Below, piece after piece: positions 30,080 through 41,875 of a stretch of 64,000 nt of DNA (the first letter of the stretch is position 1; each line of letters starts with the position of its first letter). The notes under the pieces were generated by a model. That model was not told the origin of the DNA, made no database searches, and saw nothing but the letters and a program-made list of their open reading frames with translations. The stretch lies in assembly GCF_009914755.1 (NCBI RefSeq), contig NC_060934.1; one strand, written 5' to 3'. Position numbers and translations under genes: made by a program. This DNA is from the human T2T-CHM13v2.0 reference genome, Homo sapiens.

Positions 30080-30127
30080 TTTTCAGTTTTCTTTAATGGC
30101 AGCCTTTTCAGTTTTTCTTTAATGGCA

Positions 30128-33100
30128 AAGGATATGGTGGATCTTGGTGAATGTTCCATAGGTCCTTGAAAATAATGTATATTCTGCACTGTTGGGTGAA
30201 ATGTTCTTATTGGTCAATGAAATCCTGTTGGCAGATTATGTTGTTTAGATTGTCTACATATTTTCTGAATTTCTATCTAGCTGTCCTATTAATTGTGGAT
30301 AGGTTGGTGTTGAAGTCCCTAATTTTAACTGTTGATTTGCCTATTCTGTAAGTTTTATGAGTTTTTGCTTAATATGCTTTGAAGTGCTGCTATTTGGTGA
30401 ATACACAATCAGGTTCACTATGTCTTCTTTGTGGATTGACAAAAATGTCATTACGTAATGGCTCTCCTTGTCCCAAATTTCTTTTTTTGCTATGAATCTA
30501 CTCTACCTGATAAGATGTACCCATGCCTGCTTTCTAAAATTAGTATTTACATGGTATATCTTTTCTATCTCTTCAGTTTCAATCTACCTATGTTATGTTT
30601 AATGTGAGTTTCTTGTAGACAGCACATAATTGGTTCATGTTTTCTAATCCACTATGTCAATATCTGTATTTTGACTGGAGTGTTTTGACCAATAACATTT
30701 AAAGTAATCATCAGTTGGTTTAGACTTGATTCCGTCATTTTATCATTCGTTTTCTGATTGTTCTATTGTTCACCCCTTCTTTATCTCTTTTTATCTTCTT
30801 GTGGATTACTTCACCATGTTTTAGAATTTTATAAATTTATTCACACCATTTTATGTCTTTGTGTACTTTTCTTATTGCCTACTTTAAGTATACAATATCG
30901 TTTAATATTACACCACATGCTACTATTATTGATGTGTCACCACTTTGAATAAAGTGTAGATAACTTACTTCCATCCAGGTCCCTTTAAATTACTCACTTC
31001 TTTTTTTTTTTTTATTATTATACTTTAAGTTTTAGGGTACATGTGCACATTGTGCCGGTTAGTTACATATGTATACTTGTGCCATGCTGGTGCACTGCAC
31101 CCACTAACTCGTCATCTAGCATTAGGTATATCTCCCAATGCTATCCCTCCCCCCTCCCCCCACCCCACCACAGTCCCCAGAGTGTGATATTCCCCTTCCT
31201 GGGTCCATGTGATCTCATTGTTCAATTCCCACCTATGAGTGAGAATATGCGGTGTTTGGTTTTTTGTTCTTGCGATAGTTTACTGAGAATGATGGTTTCC
31301 AATTTCATCCATGTCCCTACAAAGGACATGAACTCATCATTTTTTATGGCTGCATAGTATTCCATGGTGTATATGTGCCACATTTTCTTAATCCAGTCTA
31401 TCATTGTTGGACATTTGGGTTGGTTCCAAGTCTTTGCTATTGTGAATAATGCCGCAATAATCATACGTGTGCATGTGTCTTTATAGCAGCGTGATTTAAA
31501 ATGCTTTGGGTATATACCCAGTAATGGGATGGCTGGGTCAAATGGTATTTCTAGTTCTAGATCCCTGAGGAATCGCCACACTGACTTCCACAATGGTTGA
31601 ACTAGTTTACAGTCCCACCAACAGTGTAAAAGTGTTCCTATTTCTCCACATCCTCTCCAGCACCTGTTGTTTCCTGACTTTTTAATGATTGCCATTCTAA
31701 CTGGTGTGAGATGGTATCTCATTGTAAATTACTCACTTCTTAAATGTAAGTGTCTTACATAGTTCTTCTCCATAATCTGAGCACCACAAAAGATGATTGC
31801 TGTCATTTTTTTTGCTTCAACCTTTAATTATGATTTTAAAAGTTTATGAGGAAAACAATGTCTACTATATTTAAGATCATTTTAACCATTCTATTGTTCT
31901 TTCTTTTCTGAAGTTCCAAAGCTTTTTCTGTTATCTAAAGCTTCTTCAGCTGTCTAAAGAACTCCCCATAGACATTCTTTAAGGGTAGTCCAGAAGGGAA
32001 CTAATTCTCTTGATTTTCCTTGGATTGATAATGGCTATATTTCTTCTTCATTCTTAAAGAAGACTTTTGCCACAAAAAGAATTTAAACTGGTCAATCCTA
32101 TTATTTCAGCACTTTAACATGCTGTGCCAATTCCTTTTTCTATAAATGGTTTTAAATGAGAAATTCACTGTCAATGGAATTGATGCTCCCATATGAGTAA
32201 TTCGCCATTTCTGTCTGGTTACCTTTAAGGTTTTTTTCCTTTATCTTTGGTTTTCAGAAATTTACTTGTAATGTTGTGATGTGTCTTGGCATAGATTTAT
32301 TTGCATTTATTATCCTATTGAGGGTTTGCTAAGATTTGTAAATTTATAAGTTTATATGTTTTGCCAAATTAAGAAGCTTTATCTATTATTTTGTCGAATG
32401 CTTTTTTAATCCCAATAAACTAAAGCTAACCCTTTTGTTACTATCCTCCAAGTTCCTGAGGCTTGTTATTTTTTCCAGCCTATTTTTTTCTCTCTCTTTT
32501 TCATATTGAGCAGATTCTATCAATATGTCCTCAGATTTGCTGATTCCAACCTCTGTCATTTCCACTTTACTATTGAGCCCATCTATCAACACTTTTGTTT
32601 TGGCTATTATATTTTTCAGTTATATAATTTCTATTTGATTCTTTTAAAATAACTTACATTTGTTTGCTGAGGTTTTCTATTTTTTGCATTGCATTTCTTT
32701 CAAAAGAATTTGCGATTGATCATTGATGCATTTTATGATGATATGCTTTAAAATCTTTTAGATAATTTCACCATCTGGTTCATCTCGGTATTGATATTAT
32801 TTGATTATCTTTTCTCATTCAAGGTGAGTTTTCCTGATTCTTAGTAAGATGAGTGATTCTCTATTGTACACTGGACATTTTTGGTTTTATGATGGGAAAT
32901 TCTCAATCCCATTTAAATCTTCTATTTTAGCAGTCAGGTTTCCTGTTTAGTTTTAGCACGCTGAAGTTGTGGCTACAATTTGGCTTTTAGAGCCCTTGCA
33001 CTTCTATTCTGGTCTGCTTTGTTCATCTGGTACCAATGGGGCTACTGCTTGATTCTTCATGGAGGCACCTGTGGGATGGGGAGCAGAGGGCACTTCCCTG

Positions 33101-34250
33101 GATCTGGTATTGCTCTGTTGAGTATAGGAGTCACCGGGTAACCAAGGCAGTGAGCACTTCCTGCAGTCTCCCCTCTGGGCTGCCCAGTGCTGGAAGAAAT
33201 CTCACTTGACCACTATGGTGTTGCTTGTAGGCATAGAAAGTGCTTGCCTGGGCCTCCAGTGCTGCTAGACAGGAGTTGGGGAAGTCCAGTCCTACAGGAT
33301 AAGTATCGTTTCCCTGGGCCTACTCTCTGGTTCTCCTTATGCTACTGGCTTCCTGCTTGAAAGTGCCCATTCATGATGCATTCTGTCACTGGAGATGGTA
33401 GTCAGAAGACCCTGGGCCTAAGTAACCCTCTGCCAAAGGGCAAAGGGCCAGGAGACACTAGGAATAGGTTGCCATCTTCTGCAGGTAGAGGGTTGGGAGA
33501 CCAAGTCTGGGTCACTTTCTACTGCTGAATAGGAGATTCTGGGCTTGCTGGTTCCTCTGGTGGAACTAGTAGAGGTGGCAAGCAGGCCTCCTGCTGTCAT
33601 TGCATAGGGGACAGAAGAGAGAGCTCCTTGCTCTGTCTCTGCTTATGCCACTAGCAGGTGGGTATGTGAAAGATGGCACTCCCCACACAGTCTTCACCTG
33701 CCACCATCTCCAGCAGAAAGAGCAAACTGCTGCTACTGGGTGGCAAACAGAAATGGGGCTCACCATCCAGTCTGTGTCTGTGCTTCTGCTGTGAGTAGCA
33801 GGTGGTGATGTGGGTCCATCTGAAGCTGCTGCTGATTGAGGAAAGGAAAAGGAAACTCCCCATCTGGTCTTCTCTGGCATTGCCGATGCAGGTGGCACAA
33901 GCACACCAGTTGCCACTGGTTATGGAGTGAGAGTGGAGCTCTCCAATCTAACTCTGCTGGGCCACCCTTTTCTCTGTATTTTGACCTGAAAGCAGACTTT
34001 TCTTAGGGCTTTCTCTGTCTGAACCTGCTGACAGTCCCAGGTGGCACACCTCTCCATTGCCAAGTCTGGGATATATGGTAAATCAAAGACTCAGGATGCA
34101 TAACTAGTTCATTCCACAAGTCCAGAGGTGACTAGCAATTCTGCTGTCCTGTTTCCAACTTATAGAGATATATTTTGATTGCATGTTAAAGTATTTGCAA
34201 GATTTTTAATTCAATTTAGAGGGGAGTCTATGATGTGTTGTCTGGGACCA
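30128..34250 (-). mobile_element. Old L1M element (ORF2 start, ORF1 and GC-richer 5' region)
   Basis: EN-region sequence at 30128-30760; ORF1 remnant in ORF 32386-32592; 5'UTR-like sequence at ~33000-34250. Confidence 0.6.
31001..31724 (-). mobile_element. Young 5'-truncated L1PA2-like insertion (~725 bp)
   Basis: Perfect 17-bp TSD taaattactcacttctt at 30986-31002 and 31725-31741; TTT/AAGAA-type EN site; young 3'UTR characters; GAG diagnostic (ctc at 31108-31110), so not Ta/pre-Ta; open ORF2 C-terminus at 31222-31722. Confidence 0.95.
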
Positions 34251-34737
34251 AAAGACTGCAGACTATAGTTTTTTCTTAACCCCATTTATCTTACATTTGT
34301 ATCTTCATTTCCCCAGGCTAAAATTCCCAGTTCTCAGTAACTCCAGCAAAATTGCTCATTTGTTTTATGTTGAAACACATAAAGATTCACCTCAGAACAC
34401 CACCACCAAAATTATCTCCAATGATATGATTATTGAAAACTTTACATTTCTTTAATTTTATAGTATTTTATTTCTGTACGTTTATGCCATGAGTCAATAT
34501 AGTCAGGTGTATTTCTTGAAATTAGGTTTTTTTTAGAGATTTATTATTTTAAATTTAATCATATTGTAATTATGCAAACGTGCTTCAAAAAAATAAAATC
34601 TACCAAAAGAAAACAAATAGAAAGTGTAGCCTCTACCCCTGTTCCCTCCATCATGTTCTCTTCCTCACTAAAATGTAATTCTTTATTTCTGTTGTTTAGT
34701 TTTGGGCTTTCCCCTTTTTAATGCGGTTACATTTAAC

Positions 34738-35045
34738 TGTGGTTTGTCTCAGTATTGATATTATTTGATTACCTTTTCTCATTCAAGATGAGTTTTCCTG
34801 GTTCTTAGTAAGATGAGTGATTCTCTATTGTACACTGGACATTTTTGGTTTTATGATGGGAAATTCTGAATCCCATTTAAATCTTCTGTTTTAGCAGTCA
34901 GGTTTCCTGTTTAGTTTCATCACCCTGAAGTTGTGGCTACAATTTGGCTTTTAGAGCCCTTGCACTCCTATTCTGGTCTGCTTTGTTCATCTGGTACCAA
35001 TGGGGTACTGCTTGATTATTCATGGAGGCACTTGTGGGATGAGGA
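34738..35045 (+). repeat. ~305-bp direct duplicate of ~32774-33082
   Basis: Near-identical by eye (>90%), e.g. 'ttcttagtaagatgagtgattctctattgtacactggacatttttggttttatgatgggaaattct' occurs in both copies. Confidence 0.93.
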
Positions 35046-35111
35046 TGGGATAGGATGGGTTACATTTAAATGTAATCACATTAAAAAGGGGAAGACTCAA
35101 AATTAAACATA

Positions 35112-35562
35112 TATATGTCATAAAATTTACAATTTTACTATTTTAAATGTACTATTTATTGACATTAATTCCTTCACACTGTTTTGCAACCATCACCACT
35201 ATCAATCCCCAGAACTTTTTCATCATCCTGTACTGAAACTCTGTACCCATTAAATGACTCCCCATTTCCTCTTCCCCACCCTCTGAACTTTGTTCTACTT
35301 TCTGTCTCTAAGAGTTTGACTACTCTAGGTACCTCATGTAAGTAGCATTGTAGAATATTTGTCTTTTTGTATATAGCTTATATCACTTTGGATAATGTCT
35401 TTAAGGTTCATCCACTTTGTAGCATGTGACAGAATTGTATTCCTTTTTAAGACTGAATAATATTCCTATCCCACTGTATACACACACACATGTACTTTTT
35501 GTTTATCCATTCTTCCATCAGTGGATATTTGAATTGTTTCCACATCTGGCTACTGTGAATAT
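35112..35562 (-). mobile_element. L1MB-type 3' end
   Basis: 'cataaaatttacaatttt...caaccatcaccactatc...ctgaaactctgtacccattaaa...actactctaggtacctcatgtaagt'. Confidence 0.75.
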
Positions 35563-36953
35563 AAAACTTTTAAGAAAATTGTAGACTCACCTGTAGTGAT
35601 AAGAAATAATAAGAGGAATAATGTGTACCCTTTATTTAGGCTCTTCAGAAGGTGACATCTTGCAAATCACAACTAGTATACAATGCAGTGCAATATGTAC
35701 AATATGGAACTGTAATATACAATACCACACAGCATGTAAAATACTGTGCAATACACTACAATATCACAACTAGAATACTGACATGGATAGAGTCAGGATA
35801 CAGAAGGGTTCCATCACCACAAGGATGCCTCACATGACCCTTTTATGTGTTCCTCCTGCTCCTATTCCTCCTTGGTCCCTGGGAACTATTAACCTGTTCC
35901 CCACAGCTAAAATTTTGTGGTTTCAAGAATATTATATCAATGGAATCATACAGAAACATTTTGGGATTTACGTTTTCCATTTGGCATAATTCTCTTAAGA
36001 TAAATCCAAGCTTTTGCATGTATCACTAGTAGATTTCTTTTTGTTGCTGAGTAGTATTCCATGGTATGGATATACCACAGATTGTTAACCATTCACCCAT
36101 TGAAGGGCACCTGGGCTATTTCCAGTTTTTTTCCTATTATGAACAAAGGTGCTATGAAAATCCATGTACAAGTTTTGCATGCATATACATTTCCATTTTC
36201 CTGGGATAAATGCCCAAGGGTGCAGTTTCTGGGTTGTATCATACTTGCATGTTTAATTTCATAATAAAACTGTCAAACTGCTTTCCAGCAGAGTTTTACC
36301 ATTTAATACCCGCACAAGCAATGTATAATAATCGGATTTCTCTGCATCTTCACTATCATTTTGTTTTGGCATTATTTTTCATTTTAGCCATTCTGATAGG
36401 CGTGGCATAATAACCCTGTGGTTTTCATTTGCATATCTTTTAAAATTTTTTCAGCTTTTATTTTAGATATAGGGGTTTCACGTATAGGATACTTACATGG
36501 ATATATTGGACCCAGGTAGTCAGCATTGTACCTAATAGTTTTTCGACACACAACCCCCTTCTTCCTCCTCCCTTAGTTGCCCACAGTGTCTATTATTCCC
36601 ACATTTATATCCATGTATGCTCAATGTTTAGCTCCCAGTTATAGGTGAGAACGTGCAGTATTTGGTTTTTTATTCCTGTGTTAATTCATTTAGGATTATG
36701 GCCTCCAGCTCCATCCATGTTGGTGTAAAGGACATGATTTCATTCTTTTTGATGGCTGTGTAGTGTTTTCTGGTGTATAAGTACCATATTTTCTTTATTC
36801 AATCCACCATTCATGGGCACCTAGATTGATTCCATGACTTTGCTATTATTAATAATGCTGCAATTAGCATACAAGTTCATGTGTCTTTTTGGTATAATAA
36901 TCTATATTACTTTGGGTATATATCCAGTAATGGATTGCTGGATCAAATGGTAG

Positions 36954-37373
<420 letters not shown>

Positions 37374-38921
37374 GACCACATCTGTTTTTTTTGTTTTTTT
37401 TTTTTTGACATTTTAATAATGGCCATTCTGACTGGTATCTCTTTGTGGTTTTGATCTGCACTTCTCTGATGATTAGTGATGATCAGTGTTTTTTTCATAT
37501 GTTTTTTGGCCACTTATATGTCTTCTTTTGAGATGTGTCTGTTCATGTCTTTTACCTATTTTCTAATGGTGTTATTTGCTTTTTGCTTGTTGATTTAAGT
37601 TCCTTATAGATTCTGGATATTAGACCTTTTTTGGGTTCATAGTTTGTAAATATTTTCTCCCCATTCTGTGCATTGTTTGTTTACTCTTTTGCTGTGCAGA
37701 AGCTGTTTAGTTTAATTAGGTCCCACTTGTCATTATTTGTTTTTGTTGCAATCGCTTTTGGGGACTTGGCCATAAATTCTTTGTCAAGGCCAATGTCAAG
37801 AAGGATATTTCCTAGGTTTTCTTCTACGTGTTTTATAGTTTGAGGTCTTATATTTAAATCTTTAATCCGTCTTGAGTTAATTTTTGTATATAGTGAAGAG
37901 TAAGGATATAGTATCATTCTTTTTCATACACATAGCCAGTTATCCCATCACTATTTAACTATTTATTTAATACGAAGTCCTAGCCCCATCACTTGCTTTT
38001 GTTAGCCTTGTTGAAGATCAGATGGTTGTAGGTGTGCAGCTTTATTTGTAAGTTTTCTATTCTGTTCCATTGGTCTATGTGTATGGTTTTGTACCAGTAC
38101 CATGCCATTTGGGCTACTATAGCCTTATAGTATAATTTGAAGTTGGGTAGTGTGATGCCTCTGGCTTTGTTCTTTTTTGCTTAAGATACTTTTAGCTATT
38201 CAGGCTCTTTTTTTTCCATATGAATTTTAGAATAGTTTTTATCTAGTTTCGTGAAGAATGACATTGATAGTTTGATAGGAATAACATTGAATCTGTAAAT
38301 TGCTTTGGGCAGGAAGGTCATTTTAATGATACTGATTCTTCCAGTCCATAAGCATGGGATATTTTCCCATTTATTTGTGTCATCTCTGGTTTCTTTCAGC
38401 AGTGTTTTTTTAGTTCTCCTTGTAGAAATCTTTTACTTCCTTGATTAGCTGTATTCCTAGAAATTTCATTTTCTTTGTGGCTATTGTAAATGGAAATGTG
38501 TTCTTAATTTGACTCCCAGCCTGGATGATATTGGTGTATAGACATGTTACTGATTTTTTACATTTTTTAATTGTGAATCCTTGCTAAAACCATTGATCAG
38601 TTCTAGCAGCCTTTTGGCAGAATACTCAGGGTTTTTCCAAGTATAGAATTATATCATCAGTGAAGAGAGATGTTTTGACTTCTTTTTTTTTTTTTTCCAT
38701 TAGGATGCCTTTTATTTCTTTCTCTTGCTTTATTGCTCTGGTTAGGACTTCTAATACTATGTTGAATAGGAGTGGTTAGAGTGAGCATCCTTACCTTGTT
38801 TCAGGTCTCAAGGAGAATGGTTCCAGCTTTCACTCATTCAGTGTGAAGTTGGCTCTGTGTTTGTCATAGATGGCTGTTATTATTTTGAGGTACGTTCTTT
38901 CAATGCGTAATATGTTGAGGG

Positions 38922-39785
38922 GTTTTTTTGTTTCGTTTTGTTTTTTGTTTGTTTTTTTTAGGTGAATTTTATTTTATTTATTTATTTATTTATTTTTATT
39001 ATTATTATACTTTAAGTTTTAGGGTACATGTGCACAACATGCAGGTTTGTTACATATGTATACATGTGCCATGTTGGTGTGCTGCACCCATTAACTCGTC
39101 ATTTAGCATTAGGTATATCTCCTAATGCTATCCTTCCCCCCTCCCCCCACCCCACAACAGTCCCCGGTGTGTGATGTTCCCCTTCCTGTGTCCATGTGTT
39201 CTCATTGTTCAATTCCCACCTATGAGTGAGAACATGCGGTGTTTGGTTTTTTGTCCTTGCGATAGTTTGCTGAGAATGATGATTTCCAATTTCATCCATG
39301 TCCCTGCAAAGGACATGAACTCATCATTTTTTATGGCTGCATAGTATTCCATGGTGTATATGTGCCACATTTTCTTAATCCAGTCTATCATTGTTGGACA
39401 TTTGGCTTGGTTCCAAGTCTTTGCTATTGTGAATAGTGCCACAATAAACATACGTGTGCATGTGTCTTTACAGCAGCATGATTTATAATCCTTTGGGTAT
39501 ATATCTAGTAATGGGATGGCTGGGTCAAATGGTATTTCTAGTTCTAGATCCACACTGACTTCCACAATGGTTGAACTAGTTTACAGTCCCACTAACAGTG
39601 TAAAAGTGTTCCTATTTCTCCACATCCTCTCCAGCACCTGTTGTTTCCTGACTTTTTAATGATCGTCATTCTAACTGGTGTGAGATGGTATCTCATTGTG
39701 GTTTTGATTTGCATTTCTCTGATGGCCGGTGATGATGAGCATTTTTTCATGTGTTTTTTGGCTGCATAAATGTCTTCTTTTGAGA
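38922..39785 (-). mobile_element. 5'-truncated L1PA3/4-like insertion nested in the older L1
   Basis: T-rich tail at 38922-39008; ORF2 C-terminus at 39209-39565; 12-bp internal deletion at ~39550 (ctgaggaatcgc missing); decayed TSD gaggggtttttt / gagagttttttt. Confidence 0.9.
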
Positions 39786-41840
39786 GAGTTTTTTTTTTTT
39801 ATCATGAAGGGATGTTGGATTTTATCAAAAGCTTTTCCTGAATCTATTGAGATAATATGGTTTTTGTTCTAATTACATTTGTGTGGTGTATCACATTTGT
39901 TGACTTACATAAGTTGAACCAACTTTTCATCTCAGGAATAAAGCCCACTTAATCATGGTGAATTAACTTTTGATGTGCTACTGGATTAAGTTTGCTAGTA
40001 TTTTGTTGAGAATTTTTGCATATATGTTTAAGAGGGGTATTGGCTTAAGGTTTTCTTTCTTCGTTGTGTATCTGCTAGATTTTGGTATTAGGATGATACT
40101 GGCATCATAGAATAACTTAGGGTAAAGTCCCTCCTCCTCATTGTTTTGGGAATAGTTTCAGTAGGATTGCTACCAGTTCTTTGTACATCTAGTCAAATTC
40201 AGCTGTGAATCTACCTGTCCAGGGCTTTGTTTGGTTGAAAGGTTTTAATTTCAGAGCTCAATATTGGTCTATTTAGGGTTTCAAACTCTTCCTGATTCAG
40301 TCTTGGGAGATTGTGTGTTTCCAAGAATTTATTCATTTTCTCTAGATTTTCTAAGTTGTGTGCATACAGTTCTTCATAGTATTCTCTGAGGACCTTTTGT
40401 ATTTCTGTAGGATCAGTTGTAATGTCATCTTTGTTGTTTCTGATTGTACTTATTTGGATGTTCTCCTTTGTTTTTTGTTAATTTAGCTAGTGGTGTATCG
40501 ATCTTGTTTATTTTTTCAAGACACCAATTCTCAGTTTCATTGATCTTTTGTATGAATTTTTTAAATCTCAGTTTCATTCAGTTATTCCCTAATTTTAGTT
40601 ATTTCTGTTCTTCTGCTCGCTTTAGGGTTGATTTATTCTTTTTTTTTCCTAGCTTCTTTGGGTGCCTTGTTAGATTGTTAATTTGACATCTTTGTAACTT
40701 CCTGATGGAGGCATTTAGGGCTATAAACTTTTCTCCTAAAACTGCTTTGGCTGCATCCCAGAGATTTTGGTAAGTTGTATCCTTACTTTCATTAACTTCA
40801 GGTAGTTTTTTTGATTTCACTTTAATTTCAGTGTTCACTCAGGACTTATTCAGGAGCAAGTTATTTAATTTCCATATACTTATATAGTTTTGAGAAATCT
40901 TGATACTAATTTCTATTTTCATTGCACTGTGGTATGAGAGTGTGCATTCCTGGTATCCCTTGAATAAACTCTGGGTTTGATAAACTCTGAGTTGGCCATG
41001 GTGTATAATTCTTTGCATATATTGCTATATTTTCTTTGTTAATATGCTGTTAATGATTTTGTTGGTATCTGTATTCATGAGAGATGTGGGTCTGTTTCTT
41101 TCCATTAGCGCTATCTGTCTGGTTTTGGTATTTGGTGTTATATATTTTCAAATAATCTTTCTACATTAATTGATATGATCATGATTTCAGTTTTTCTGAA
41201 TTTACTGAGATGTGCTTTATGACTGAGCATGTGGCCAATCTTAGAATATGTTCCATACGCAGATGAGAAGAATGTGTGTATATTCTGTGGTTGTTGGGTA
41301 GAGTGTTCTGTACATGTCTATTAGGTCCAGTTGGTCAAGTGTGGAGTTTAAGTCCAGAGTTTCTTCGTTAGTTTTCTACCTGAGTGATCTACCTAATATG
41401 GTTAGTGATGATTATCTTTTCATTTGCTTATTTTCCATCTATCTGTTCATGTTTTTTAGTAAATGTTCATGTCTTCTGCTAATTTTCTAATCAGATTGTT
41501 TGTTTTTTTACTGTTGAATTTTCAGAGTTCAGATATTAGTCCTTTATTGGCATGTGGTTTGCAAATATGTTTATCCAGTTTACAGCTTGTCTTTTCATAC
41601 TCTAAACAAAGTCTTTCACAAAGCAAATGTTTTTAATTTTAATAAAGTTCAATTTTTTTTTCTCTTTTATAGATTGTATTGTTGGTGCCAACTTGTGCTT
41701 AGTATTAGATCCTGAAGAATTTCTCCTGTACTCTGTTTTGTCTTTTTATTTTTTTTAGTTTTATAGCTGTAGTCAATTTTATATTTAAGTCTACAATCCA
41801 TTTTGAGTTATTTTGTGTGTAAGGTCTGAGGTGTATGTTG

Positions 41841-41875
<35 letters not shown>

